Shown here: piece after piece, positions 35,694 to 46,134 of the stretch
Position numbering within the stretch: position 1 is the first letter of the stretch
Layout of the letters: each line of letters begins with the position of its first letter
IMG/VR virus record: IMGVR_UViG_3300031787_000001
Location: 62,001-126,000 of that record
Length of the DNA: 64,000 nucleotides
Direction: 5' to 3' (one strand)
Program-made: the position numbers and the translations under genes
Notes under the pieces: model-generated
What the model was told of the DNA's origin: nothing
Seen by the model: only the letters and a program-made list of their open reading frames with translations
Database searches by the model: none

Positions 35694-36023
35694 ATGATGG
35701 ATTGGTATATTATAGAATATTTGTATCCTGAATCATTTAAAAGATTCATTGACGTAACATTCCCAAATATTGGTATTGTAAGTACTAATTCTTTATCGTT
35801 TTATAAAACAAAAAATTTATACAATTTTTTTGACAAAGAAGGTTTATATTTTAATGTCGAACAATGTTGTCCAAAAAGATGGATTTATACAATATCAATA
35901 AAAAATATAATAGTGCTCGGACCAATTAATTTAAAAGAAAATACCAAAGAGGATATCGAAATAGAGGGATTTACGGAGTGTTTTAAAATACTAGATAAAA
36001 TTCTAATAACCCATCAATTATAA
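35694..36023 (+). CDS. hypothetical protein
   Basis: 109 aa ORF. Confidence 0.5.
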   Translation: MMDWYIIEYLYPESFKRFIDVTFPNIGIVSTNSLSFYKTKNLYNFFDKEGLYFNVEQCCPKRWIYTISIKNIIVLGPINLKENTKEDIEIEGFTECFKILDKILITHQL

Positions 36024-36036
36024 ATGTATTTATAAT

Positions 36037-36330
36037 ATGGAAATATCTATAAAATTTCTATTACAGTCTGTAAAAGTTATAACAGAAAAAAAATATCATT
36101 TAGAGGATCTATATCTTATATATGACTTTTTAATTTCTGTTAAAAAAGATGAATTAATTAAATACCTAAAATCTAATACAGTTTTGTCCTATAAGAACGA
36201 TTTAGAATTATATAAGGACACAATCATTCATTTAATGAAAATTTTTGAGGATTTAGAAAACTATGAGGAATGTTTTGTATTAAAACAAAAGTATGATGAA
36301 TGTGAATTTTTAATAAATGAAAAAACCTAA
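36037..36330 (+). CDS. hypothetical protein
   Basis: 97 aa; UVR-like ENYEECFVLK; TATTTATA at 36027-36034. Confidence 0.55.
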   Translation: MEISIKFLLQSVKVITEKKYHLEDLYLIYDFLISVKKDELIKYLKSNTVLSYKNDLELYKDTIIHLMKIFEDLENYEECFVLKQKYDECEFLINEKT

Positions 36331-36356
36331 TCAATAACGATTAGGTTTTGTATAAA

Positions 36357-36584
36357 TTATTTACTTACACGTTTTCGCAATAAAAAATAAAAAATAAAAA
36401 ATAGACCCGATATAAAATACATAATAATATTGGCTCTCCAAATGTTTCCGGTTATAGACATTAACGTATATTGTACAACATCGAACCCAAATGGGAGAAA
36501 GAACATCGCTAACATTAGAGACGTATCTTTGTATAACACCAATCTTTTTTCCTTGTTTTTTATTGTTTTTAGTCGATTCACCAT
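36357..36584 (-). CDS. small membrane protein
   Basis: two hydrophobic segments. Confidence 0.5.
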   Translation of the reverse strand: MVNRLKTIKNKEKRLVLYKDTSLMLAMFFLPFGFDVVQYTLMSITGNIWRANIIMYFISGLFFIFYFLLRKRVSK

Positions 36585-36634
36585 CGGTATCCATGTATGA
36601 ATAATTTATCTAATTATGTCTTAATGACTTTTAA

Positions 36635-37735
36635 CTATAAATATGTCTCTATTTCTGTTTTAACTTTTTTTAACGCGGAGGCGATTACTTGGTGCATATC
36701 ATAATACTTATATTCCGCCAACCTACCACCAAAAATGACATTATTTTCCATTTTTGTTAAATCTTGGTACTTGTTAAATATATTTTGATTTATTAAATCA
36801 TTTATTGGGTAATATGGTTCTTCATTTTTATTCCATTCAATTGGATATTCTTTTGTTATTATTGTTTTAGAAGAAATATCATTATTAAAATGTTTGTGTT
36901 CAATAATTCTCGTAAAAGGTATTTCAATGTCTGTAAAATTTATAACTGAATGACCTTGATAATTTTCTTTGTCGAGTATTTCAGTTTCAAATCTCAATGG
37001 TCGATACTCTAAATCACCATAACAATAATTATAAAATTTGTCTACCGGTCCTGTATAAATTATTTTTCTAGATAATGAATTGAAATATTCTCTATTTTCA
37101 AAATAGTCAACATTTTTTCGTACTTCAATATTTTCTAATAATTTTTCAAATAATTCTGTATAACCGTTTTTTGGAATTCCTTGGTATGTGTCAAAAAAAT
37201 AATTATTATCGTATGTGAATCTTACAGGTAATCTTTTTATGATAAAAGGTGGTAATTCTTTTGGGTTTTTCATCCATTGTTTTTCAGTGTAACCCTTAAT
37301 TAATTTATCATATACATCTCTACCTACTAATGATAATGCTTGTTCTTCTAAATTATTGGGTACACCTCCATATCTTTGACTTTCTATTATTTTTATCGCT
37401 TCTTCCGGATTATTGACCCCCCACAGTTTATTAAACGTAAACATATTGAAGGGTAAAGAGTATAGTTGATCTTTATGTGACGCCAAAACATGATGTCTAT
37501 AATTGTTAAACTCAACAAATTTATTTACATAATCCCAAACTTCTTTATCTGAAGTATGAAATATATGTGCACCATACTTATGTACATTAATTTCTAAATT
37601 TTTTTCAGTATAACAATTACCACCAATATGATCTCTTTTTTCTATAACCAATACTTTTTTTCCGACATTGGTTAATTCTCTGGCAAAAATAGATCCAAAG
37701 AGACCCGATCCAACTATTAAATAATCATACATCAT
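36635..37735 (-). CDS. glf: UDP-galactopyranose mutase
   Basis: IVGSGLFG, HIGGNCY, HKYGAHIFHT, EPYYP, GRLAEYKYYDMHQ. Confidence 0.95.
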   Translation of the reverse strand: MMYDYLIVGSGLFGSIFARELTNVGKKVLVIEKRDHIGGNCYTEKNLEINVHKYGAHIFHTSDKEVWDYVNKFVEFNNYRHHVLASHKDQLYSLPFNMFTFNKLWGVNNPEEAIKIIESQRYGGVPNNLEEQALSLVGRDVYDKLIKGYTEKQWMKNPKELPPFIIKRLPVRFTYDNNYFFDTYQGIPKNGYTELFEKLLENIEVRKNVDYFENREYFNSLSRKIIYTGPVDKFYNYCYGDLEYRPLRFETEILDKENYQGHSVINFTDIEIPFTRIIEHKHFNNDISSKTIITKEYPIEWNKNEEPYYPINDLINQNIFNKYQDLTKMENNVIFGGRLAEYKYYDMHQVIASALKKVKTEIETYL

Positions 37736-38369
37736 TAATTCTTTTTACCGGCCTGTTGTATGCATTTACGAATATATTATCATAACCAAGAAATCCACCA
37801 ATATTATCACTAACACTATCTATTTGAGAAATTAACAATGGATATCCACCATATTTAATAAAATTATTTTGATAAATCCACGCGTCTATTGGGACATCAA
37901 CTTCTGGGTCGTATTTTAACATTTTTTCATATGCCTGTTTATTGACAGCATATGCGTGAACACAATAACATCCATGGATATACATTAAATTATCATCAAT
38001 TAAGTTTATTGGGTTATCAAAAATATTTGCACTAAAATAATAAACATCCCAATTATCTATTTTCGAAAGACTATCTAATGATTTTTCTATAAGTTCCTCC
38101 GCACCTTCTTTGAAAAAAACATCATCCTCAAAAATTAAAATATTTTCTAAATCATTATTGTAGGCATATTCAATAATATTTCTGTGTGATTTACCGCTGG
38201 CAATTACACAATTTTGAGGTGTTTTAATATCCGCCTTTATTGCTGAATATCTTTTTACAAATTTATCTAAATCAACTCTCGATAGTTCTCGTTTCATGTG
38301 ATCTTGTCTATCAACTCTATCGTCTAAATTTATATAAAAAGCGTCTTTAAAAAATTCTTGTATTTTCAT
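37725..38369 (-). CDS. glycosyltransferase family 25
   Basis: YINLDDRVDR, SH, LIFEDD, HAYAVN. Confidence 0.8.
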   Translation of the reverse strand: MKIQEFFKDAFYINLDDRVDRQDHMKRELSRVDLDKFVKRYSAIKADIKTPQNCVIASGKSHRNIIEYAYNNDLENILIFEDDVFFKEGAEELIEKSLDSLSKIDNWDVYYFSANIFDNPINLIDDNLMYIHGCYCVHAYAVNKQAYEKMLKYDPEVDVPIDAWIYQNNFIKYGGYPLLISQIDSVSDNIGGFLGYDNIFVNAYNRPVKRINDV

Positions 38370-38375
38370 TTTTTT

Positions 38376-39605
38376 TTAAATTTTAAAATATGATGGTCTT
38401 TTCCATTCTAAATCTTCAGAGTATGGCCAAATTAATAGTTGTGTTGGTATTTGCCTATTTTTGGATCTATAAAATTTAAATGTACGAGAATTTATTTTAC
38501 CATCGATTATATCTTTATTTTCGTTATAAGTTAAATCTTCTCTATGTATTGCAATACCCCCCTGATCTAACACAATCATCGCCCAAAATCTAACATTATT
38601 TATTTTTTCAATTTTATCATAATCCCAAGAAATTGTGTCATTGAAATAAACTTGTTCATTGTCCCAACCTTCTTCAGAATTTGAACATGGAGGTTCGATA
38701 CCCTTCTCAGTATCTTTATGTACAATACATTTAACAAAATCGATTCCAGAATAATCGGTATACTCTTGTAATGTTCTTTCTTTACCTAAACCATACATAC
38801 CTAAACCAAACAAATCATTTCTACCAAGTAAACAATCTAATCTATCATGTGCAACTTTATTTAAATTCCCCCAATTATTATGGTCACCCCAATGTTTAGG
38901 GTTATCTAACCTTTGATAAAAATGATGTACAATTGTTCTATGAGAATTATATATATTATAACCGTGTGTGAAATACCTAATCGCCATGGCCGCTTCCTCA
39001 CCCGAAAAATAAAAATCAGGATCGTATGGTACTTCTCTGTTTATTTGACCAGGACCAAAGATAAAACCTGCAGATATATAAACACCTTTGACAGGAAAAT
39101 TCTTAGATTGCCAATCTTCCATATTCATTGGTCTACTCATCGGATACTTATGATCGAACCTATAAACATTACATATTTGTGGTACGTTATACCATTTACT
39201 TTCATCCATTTCTGGATTATAGTTTGGGGGGTATCCAGTAATGATTGCTTTTTCGTCATTTAGTGACTCCCAAATGTTTATCAACTTTTCATCCCAATTT
39301 TCAACAAATCTCATATGTGAATCTATCTGAAGTGAAAATTTCTCATCTTTCCACAACATTTGTGTTATATTTCTGGCCCAACACGCTCCTTTTGATTCTT
39401 TGTAATCAAAATCAATTATTTCTATATTTTCATTATTTTTTATTTCATCTAAATTATCCCATATATCATCTTTTGAATGTTGCCAACATATAACAAACCT
39501 CAAATTCTCGGGAAATTTAGATCTACTAATCGCATGTTTTATTGTTGGCAATAACTCTTTATCTCTATACGATGCGATTTGAACAAAAATTTTATTATTA
39601 CTCAT
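38376..39605 (-). CDS. GT60-like (Skp1 hydroxyproline GlcNAc-transferase-like) glycosyltransferase
   Basis: IFVQIASYRD, KGACWAR, LQIDSHMRF, SAGFIF, PYDP..F.GEE. Confidence 0.75.
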   Translation of the reverse strand: MSNNKIFVQIASYRDKELLPTIKHAISRSKFPENLRFVICWQHSKDDIWDNLDEIKNNENIEIIDFDYKESKGACWARNITQMLWKDEKFSLQIDSHMRFVENWDEKLINIWESLNDEKAIITGYPPNYNPEMDESKWYNVPQICNVYRFDHKYPMSRPMNMEDWQSKNFPVKGVYISAGFIFGPGQINREVPYDPDFYFSGEEAAMAIRYFTHGYNIYNSHRTIVHHFYQRLDNPKHWGDHNNWGNLNKVAHDRLDCLLGRNDLFGLGMYGLGKERTLQEYTDYSGIDFVKCIVHKDTEKGIEPPCSNSEEGWDNEQVYFNDTISWDYDKIEKINNVRFWAMIVLDQGGIAIHREDLTYNENKDIIDGKINSRTFKFYRSKNRQIPTQLLIWPYSEDLEWKRPSYFKI

Positions 39606-39699
39606 ATGTCTTAAACATAAATAAAAATTGTTAAAAAGTAAAACACTATTATTTTTTTTTTCTATTTAATTTTTTTATTTTTATCTAAAATAATTACAA

Positions 39700-40068
39700 A
39701 TGAATAAAGTTTATCAACCAGTCGTATTAGAAAGATCAAATGAAATTGTTCAAAGTTTGGTCGAATCTGGATTTTTTAAAGATTATGAATTACCAAGTAC
39801 CGATTTTGCTAAAGAATATCTGTGTGAAAAATTGACAGAAAAGTTCATAGAAAATGGTTCAGATATAAATGATACGATTTTCACTGAAAACGAATTTGAG
39901 AATATTTTAAGAGTAATTGTAACTGGATCAATTTTAGGTGAATTAAAGAGAAAAGGATATATAAATTCTTATGAAGATGAAAATACGGAAGAAACTTTTT
40001 TTCTAACCGAAGATGGTAAAGAAATGTTAAAAAACCTAAAAAGTACAGATGATAAAACTAAAGAATAG
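39700..40068 (+). CDS. hypothetical protein
   Basis: 122 aa; winged-helix-like C-terminus. Confidence 0.55.
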   Translation: MNKVYQPVVLERSNEIVQSLVESGFFKDYELPSTDFAKEYLCEKLTEKFIENGSDINDTIFTENEFENILRVIVTGSILGELKRKGYINSYEDENTEETFFLTEDGKEMLKNLKSTDDKTKE

Positions 40069-40398
40069 TTATTTCTTTTTTTCATCAACTTGTTGACTAA
40101 GACTGTTCTTTTTATGTTGTCTTATTTTTTCTTTTAATTGCGATAAAATTTTTTGTGTGTTAGATAAATTTGTGGAAATAGTTGAAACTCTACCATTAGA
40201 TAATGTTTTTAAACCTTCAGGAATACTATCCTCTAATTTTCTAAATTCCTTTATTGTTTCAGATAATGAGTTTTGTAACTCCTCAATTTTATATTGCACT
40301 CTATTATATTCCTGTCTATTAACTTTGGACGTTTCCTCATTTAATAGGTCATTTAACACTTTTTTTACCGTTTCTTCTGATATTAATCTACCTTCCAT
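40069..40398 (-). CDS. hypothetical coiled-coil protein
   Basis: 109 aa; motif at 40404-40411. Confidence 0.55.
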   Translation of the reverse strand: MEGRLISEETVKKVLNDLLNEETSKVNRQEYNRVQYKIEELQNSLSETIKEFRKLEDSIPEGLKTLSNGRVSTISTNLSNTQKILSQLKEKIRQHKKNSLSQQVDEKKK

Positions 40399-40478
40399 AA
40401 TATTATAAATACTTTTTAATCACCAATTTTTTTTATTAAAGAAAATTTCTTAAATTTAAAATACAAAAATAAATACAA

Positions 40479-41558
40479 ATGAGAAATGTTGAATTTACAT
40501 TATTTGATTTTGATGATCTACTAATTGAACCTGCACATATTTCACCAATCAGGTCCAGAAAAGAAATTAACCCAAAGTATGATAATGGTTACTATCCATT
40601 GATGACCGCTCCGATGGATACGGTCATTTCCAAAGATAATCACAAACTTTTTGGTAATTTGGGTATTAGATCTGTAGTCCCAAGAGGTGAGGGTTATTAT
40701 GATCAAAATTATAATGACACACACTTTAATTCATATGGATTAGATGAATTTAATGAAATTTTCATAAATGGTGATGTGGAAATTCTAACAGATTCCAAAA
40801 TTTATGTGTTAATTGATATTGCAAATGGCCATATGAGGGCGTTATACGATTCCGCTAAGACCGCAAAGGAAAAATATGGTGATAAAATGGTCTTAATGAT
40901 TGGGAATGTTGCAAACCCCAAGACTTTTGCGGAATATTGTTCAATAGGTGTCGATTATATTAGAATTGGTATAGGTAATGGTGGTGGTTGTTTAACAACT
41001 GTTCAGACTGGTGTTGGATTCCCAATGGCATCACTAATTGAAGAGTGTTATGATGTTAAAAAATATATGGAATTTCCAAATATTAAGATAGTTGCGGATG
41101 GAGGATTCAAATCATATTCTGACATCATAAAGGCACTCGCGTTAGGTGCGGATTATGTTATGTTAGGATCAATATTAAACAAATCTCTCGAAAGTTCGGG
41201 TGAAACAACTAGATTACGACAATCACATAAACCACATTTTGATCAACACATAGTGATAGACCAATATTCCGAAGAAGCTAAAAAAATGTTTGAGGCAGGT
41301 ACACCATTATTCAAAACATTTAGAGGAATGAGCACAAAAGAAGTACAAAAATCGTGGGGAAAAGAAGAATTAAAGACATCTGAAGGTGTTGTTAGAACAC
41401 ATAAGGTTGAATACACATTAGAAGGGTGGATTAATAATTTTGATTCATATTTGAGATCTGCGATGAGTTATACAGGAAAAAAAGAACTCCACGAATTTAT
41501 CGGTGGAGTTCAGTTGAATTTCATAAGTCAAAATTCCTATAAGAGATTTAGTAAATAA
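40479..41558 (+). CDS. guaC: GMP reductase / IMPDH-family oxidoreductase
   Basis: APMDTV, IDIANGH, GIGNGGGCLT, ADGG, GADYVMLG, FRGMS, SEG; no CBS domains. Confidence 0.75.
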   Translation: MRNVEFTLFDFDDLLIEPAHISPIRSRKEINPKYDNGYYPLMTAPMDTVISKDNHKLFGNLGIRSVVPRGEGYYDQNYNDTHFNSYGLDEFNEIFINGDVEILTDSKIYVLIDIANGHMRALYDSAKTAKEKYGDKMVLMIGNVANPKTFAEYCSIGVDYIRIGIGNGGGCLTTVQTGVGFPMASLIEECYDVKKYMEFPNIKIVADGGFKSYSDIIKALALGADYVMLGSILNKSLESSGETTRLRQSHKPHFDQHIVIDQYSEEAKKMFEAGTPLFKTFRGMSTKEVQKSWGKEELKTSEGVVRTHKVEYTLEGWINNFDSYLRSAMSYTGKKELHEFIGGVQLNFISQNSYKRFSK

Positions 41559-41795
41559 TTATACTCTGAATTCTCTATCTTCAGAACTTGATAATTCTTT
41601 ATCTCTCTTCATACCTTCTTTGATATAACTTCTAATAAGTCTTGAAACGGTTACCTTTTTCTTATCCGCAACTTTTTCAATCTCCTTATAATAAGCGGGA
41701 ACAACTCTAAATGACAACATTTGAATGAGTTGTTTGTGCTTTGGTAAACTAGAACCTTCAGGTTGTTTTTCTTCTTTTGATGCTTTTGATGCCAT
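41559..41795 (-). CDS. ribbon-helix-helix-like DNA-binding protein
   Basis: LSFRV...IEKVADKKKVTVSRLIRSYI. Confidence 0.6.
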   Translation of the reverse strand: MASKASKEEKQPEGSSLPKHKQLIQMLSFRVVPAYYKEIEKVADKKKVTVSRLIRSYIKEGMKRDKELSSSEDREFRV

Positions 41796-41864
41796 TATAC
41801 ACTTTTTTTATAAATATTTGGTTTTTCGGTAATTTTTAATTATTTTAATAAAAACAACATATAT

Positions 41865-42224
41865 ATGTCAGAAGAAAAATCTACAGTAAATCCCGCAATT
41901 AAGGAAATCGAGGAAAAATACCCCGAAATGACTAAAGAATTCAAAAGAATTATGAGAGAACAATATGAAATGTTCTGTAAAAAACAATTAACTTACGGTA
42001 CAGGAAATATTTCCGTGGGAACGAGGTTGGAAACACCCGAAGAAGTTAAATTATCCCAAACAGGTCTTTGGTTTAGAAAAATGGACAAAATAAACAGATT
42101 AAAACAGTTAGTTTTGTTGAATAAAGAGGATGTAGTTAGTGAAACCGTAGAAGATACGTATTCAGACCTATCGGTTTACTCAATTATCTCACAAATCGTT
42201 AGTAGGGGTAAATGGGGAAAATAA
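41865..42224 (+). CDS. nucleotide-modification-associated (DUF1599-like) protein
   Basis: KKQLTYG, RKMDKINRL, EDTYSDLSVY. Confidence 0.65.
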   Translation: MSEEKSTVNPAIKEIEEKYPEMTKEFKRIMREQYEMFCKKQLTYGTGNISVGTRLETPEEVKLSQTGLWFRKMDKINRLKQLVLLNKEDVVSETVEDTYSDLSVYSIISQIVSRGKWGK

Positions 42225-42281
42225 AAGGGATATATATATCCCTTTTTTTTATTTAAAAATATTTATAATAAACGAAAAGAT

Positions 42282-42632
42282 ATGACAGTCAATGTGAATC
42301 ACCCAACTTTTATTGCATTTTTAGAACAAGTAACTAATAAGATCCTATCTTCCACACAGGTTGAAAATTACTTTAAATTAACACCAGAAAAAAAATTACG
42401 TGTTCAATATATGGTGTTTAAATTAATGAAAAATTCAACAAAAATGAGAGGAAAATTTAATGATTCTGAATTAAAAAGTTTTGTAATGATTTTATGTAAA
42501 AAAAATGAAGATGATGAGAATTATGAATTTTCTGCAATATTGAATGACATACATAATAATTTTGATAAGATAAATGATGTTACAAAAATAAAAACTAAAA
42601 CCAATAAACCAATAAAAGTAGAAACAAAGTAA
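42282..42632 (+). CDS. hypothetical protein
   Basis: 116 aa ORF. Confidence 0.55.
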   Translation: MTVNVNHPTFIAFLEQVTNKILSSTQVENYFKLTPEKKLRVQYMVFKLMKNSTKMRGKFNDSELKSFVMILCKKNEDDENYEFSAILNDIHNNFDKINDVTKIKTKTNKPIKVETK

Positions 42633-42634
42633 CT

Positions 42635-43030
42635 ATGAAAAACAAAACTGCGGATTTTGATGCAAAGAAAAAGTGTGCGGTTTTAGCAATGAAATGGTGT
42701 AAAACAAATTTGGGTGTCAATAAAAAGAAAAAAAATAAAATAAAGATATCTATTAGAGTTAGACCCAAAAAAGAAGGAAATTATTTCTTCTATGGTGACT
42801 TTAATTCAAAAGAGAATAAAATTATAGTATATGGTGCAAACGAACAAAGCTTAGACGATATTGTTTCAACCGTTATACACGAATATACACATTATCTACA
42901 GTCAACTAAAAAATATTGGGAATATTTTGAAACACATTATTACTCAACACACCCTTACGAAAGACAGGCAAAAAGGAATGAAATAAAGTATACATCAGAA
43001 TGTTTAAAAGAGATAAAGAAATTAATTTAA
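42635..43030 (+). CDS. HExxH metallopeptidase-like protein
   Basis: VIHEYTHYLQ...PYERQA. Confidence 0.65.
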   Translation: MKNKTADFDAKKKCAVLAMKWCKTNLGVNKKKKNKIKISIRVRPKKEGNYFFYGDFNSKENKIIVYGANEQSLDDIVSTVIHEYTHYLQSTKKYWEYFETHYYSTHPYERQAKRNEIKYTSECLKEIKKLI

Positions 43031-43222
43031 TATCTCTAGTTCGGGTATTTCTCTTAAAAACAATAAAAGATCATCCTCATTATGTCTGTGTTTTACCACT
43101 AAATCACAATTCCAATAATTTTTAATATCTTGGACAAATCCTTCCTTAATTCTATCATTTTTTACCTTTCTATAGATCCAATATAATCTATTTTGGTAAT
43201 TTACAAATTCTTTAGGATACAT
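43022..43222 (-). CDS. hypothetical protein
   Basis: 66 aa ORF. Confidence 0.5.
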   Translation of the reverse strand: MYPKEFVNYQNRLYWIYRKVKNDRIKEGFVQDIKNYWNCDLVVKHRHNEDDLLLFLREIPELEILN

Positions 43223-43769
43223 TGTTATTAATTATATAATTAAAAATATCCACATGTGTCGTATCATTGACTTCAAATTCAACAAATGGGATATTATAGG
43301 TTATTAGTTTATTTTTGATGTCCCCATCAATTTCTTTTGCCTCTTCTAATTTTTGAAATCTACCATTTTCATCATACGAACTATCGTTTCTCGTTAGTAA
43401 TATATTAAAATTCCTATATTTTTTAAATAATTGTAATATAAAAAAATCAAAAGAATTATCATAAAACATTGCAGGATATTCTGGTTCAGTGTTATATCTT
43501 TCTTTGTAGACCATACCCAAAATTATTGGAGAATCTACTATAATATATTTGACTTTATTATATAACCTACTTATGTTTCTATGTTGATTTGCGGTAATGT
43601 AGAATTGATCTTTAATTGCCGAATAATTCTCTTCCCAAGAGACTATTTTAGGAAATTCATAAGTTAACTCAACATCCATGTGTTGTTTTTTCATTTCAGT
43701 AAATAAACCTGCCGATTGTGTTGATTTACCTATACCAGGACCACCAAAAAAATTTATTATTAAACTCAT
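43212..43769 (-). CDS. NadR-type/AAA_28 P-loop kinase
   Basis: FGGPGIGKST, IIVDSP, GRFQ; start placed at ATG 43769. Confidence 0.7.
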   Translation of the reverse strand: MSLIINFFGGPGIGKSTQSAGLFTEMKKQHMDVELTYEFPKIVSWEENYSAIKDQFYITANQHRNISRLYNKVKYIIVDSPIILGMVYKERYNTEPEYPAMFYDNSFDFFILQLFKKYRNFNILLTRNDSSYDENGRFQKLEEAKEIDGDIKNKLITYNIPFVEFEVNDTTHVDIFNYIINNNVS

Positions 43770-43877
43770 AAGATAATATAACAAATTAGACACAAATTAC
43801 CAAATGAAAATTAGACATTTATATATTTGTTTATATTTATTGGAATAAATGTTAATCACACCCTGAAATAAAGAAAT

Positions 43878-44498
43878 ATGGACACAAATATTAGTATGTT
43901 AGGTGCAATAATAGTTGCGGTAATTTCAACAATAATAGGACCAACTATTATGGAATATGTTAAACAAAAGTTTAGAAAGAAAAAAGGTGATTTAATAAAA
44001 AAAGATTTAGAAAAAAATGTAATTGTTGATCAAGAATTGAGATCCATATCTGAGGTATTAGATGCCGATAGAGTTTGGATAACACAATTCCATAACGGAG
44101 GTCATTTTTTACTTTCAAATAAATCTATTCAAAAATTTTCAATAACATATGAAATAACAAAAATTGGTGTTAGTCCAGCGAGTCAAGTTTTTAAAGATAT
44201 TCCCATATCTTTATATTCAAGAGCAATGAATAAAATTTTAGAAGATGGTTACATTTATGTTTCCGATTTTGATAATCCTTGTATAGAATCATATTGTTTA
44301 AAAAGTGCGGCATATGCCACCGGAACTAAGTCCAGTTATATTGTGGCATTAAATGATATTGTGACCGACAGGTGTATCGGTACAATTGGTGTTGAATATT
44401 GTAATAAAAAAGAGTTGCACCAAGACGAAATTGAATTTATAACAGAAAAAAGTAATAGAATTGCGGGATATCTATCAGTATTTTTAAAAGAGAAATAA
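43878..44498 (+). CDS. N-terminal TM plus GAF-like domain protein (T4 holin T-like architecture)
   Basis: TM at residues 8-22; LDADRVWITQFHNG, IGTIGVEY. Confidence 0.55.
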   Translation: MDTNISMLGAIIVAVISTIIGPTIMEYVKQKFRKKKGDLIKKDLEKNVIVDQELRSISEVLDADRVWITQFHNGGHFLLSNKSIQKFSITYEITKIGVSPASQVFKDIPISLYSRAMNKILEDGYIYVSDFDNPCIESYCLKSAAYATGTKSSYIVALNDIVTDRCIGTIGVEYCNKKELHQDEIEFITEKSNRIAGYLSVFLKEK

Positions 44499-44545
44499 AT
44501 ATCTTTTTAATTTAAAAAGATATTTATCAATATATTTATGTTTTT

Positions 44546-46105
44546 ATGAAAATAAAAAATTTGATTTATGATTTATTGTTAGAGGAAGTTAAAAACAAAA
44601 AACTTCTTGACTATCTCTCAAACAAATGGTTTGGTGAAAATCCAACACAGGAACAAAGAATAGAATCTGAAAAACTATATACTGAATTCCAAAAAATACA
44701 AAACGGTCTGTCAACAAAAAGACCTCAAGTAATTTCATTTTTAACTCGTTTTGATGGTAATCACGGTTTTAGTGTGTTTGATCCAAATAATCTTAGAGAT
44801 ATTACAAAATATACGTTACAACAAATAAGATCATTAGTTGACGAATATAGAGATGATGATTTGGATCTTGGAGGAGATGTTTTTTCTGGTAAAGACACAA
44901 AACCAACGACCGAAAGATTAGATGCTTCTAAATCACTATGGGAAGGAGATCAAAATTTAATAATAAATGAAGGCGGTCTTAGGGTTTATGACATTAAAGA
45001 TCAAAAAATGTCAGTTAAGTATGGTTATTATGTTGAAAATGTAAATAAAGACCAAGGTGGTACCATGCCGTGGTGTGTGACATGGAGACCTGATCAACCA
45101 AATAGAACAAATATGTGGGGTCATTACAGAAGTCAAGGAAGAAGTTTTTATTTTGTTATTGATACCAACAAAAACCCTAAAAAAGACAGATATTATTTAG
45201 GTGCATTACAAAGAGTAAAAAGTAACACAACTGGTTTTATTTTAACATCTGTTTTAAATGATGGTGATAATACAATGTCTTGGGATCAAATAATTGGAAT
45301 ATATCCACAATTAAAAAATTATAAAGAATTATTCATAGAAAAACCATATAGTCAAGATGAATTGGAGGAAAAAAATATTGTAGGTCAAATTACAGAAAGA
45401 CCAGGTAGTCAATATGAATTTAGAAGAATGGATAGACAACTTAAAAAGGCATATATCAATAATCTAGGTACTTTAACTTTACCTGAATCTTGGCAATCAA
45501 TGGACGAAAAACTAAGAGCACTTTATATTACAACAACTAGAGAAAATGATATAACCAATAAATTTAGTAATTTATCATTTGTAAATGAAATAAAAAAAGT
45601 TGGTAACGAATACACTTTACTTAAAAATAGATTAATTGCCCTTAAAAAGAGTCCCGGTTTCATTATTGAACATTTAATGAAAAATGAATTTGATATCGTT
45701 ATGAGAAATGTTGCTAATGATAATATCAAATTATTACAAAGTAAAAACACAAGAAAATATGGTTTATTCGATTCGTTAAAAAACGATTGGGTAAAATTAA
45801 ATGGTGTTGAATATTTTGTTAATTATCAAAAAATAGATCATAAAATAGTTGAGGACGATAATGGAACCGAATATTTCCTTCATGTATTTTCAACATCACC
45901 AGAACCAAATCAACAATCATTTTATTGTTTATATGATTCAAATAGTGAAGTATCTAGTGGACAAATACAAGATTCTTATTTTGTATCTAAAAATAAATGG
46001 GACGATTTAATCAAATCAGAGAAAATAATCGATGATGAAATGATGGCAACATCTAAAGATGTTGATTTGGGTACAGATTCCGACATAAAAGAAATGTTTA
46101 AATAA
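44546..46105 (+). CDS. hypothetical protein, 'YG..WC' family
   Basis: MSVKYG...PWCVTW...FYFVID. Confidence 0.55.
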   Translation: MKIKNLIYDLLLEEVKNKKLLDYLSNKWFGENPTQEQRIESEKLYTEFQKIQNGLSTKRPQVISFLTRFDGNHGFSVFDPNNLRDITKYTLQQIRSLVDEYRDDDLDLGGDVFSGKDTKPTTERLDASKSLWEGDQNLIINEGGLRVYDIKDQKMSVKYGYYVENVNKDQGGTMPWCVTWRPDQPNRTNMWGHYRSQGRSFYFVIDTNKNPKKDRYYLGALQRVKSNTTGFILTSVLNDGDNTMSWDQIIGIYPQLKNYKELFIEKPYSQDELEEKNIVGQITERPGSQYEFRRMDRQLKKAYINNLGTLTLPESWQSMDEKLRALYITTTRENDITNKFSNLSFVNEIKKVGNEYTLLKNRLIALKKSPGFIIEHLMKNEFDIVMRNVANDNIKLLQSKNTRKYGLFDSLKNDWVKLNGVEYFVNYQKIDHKIVEDDNGTEYFLHVFSTSPEPNQQSFYCLYDSNSEVSSGQIQDSYFVSKNKWDDLIKSEKIIDDEMMATSKDVDLGTDSDIKEMFK

Positions 46106-46106
46106 T

Positions 46107-46134
46107 AAAAAAGGGAGGTTAACCTCCCTTTTTT
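46107..46134. terminator. bidirectional intrinsic terminator
   Basis: aaaaaagggagg-ttaa-cctccctttttt between convergent genes. Confidence 0.8.
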
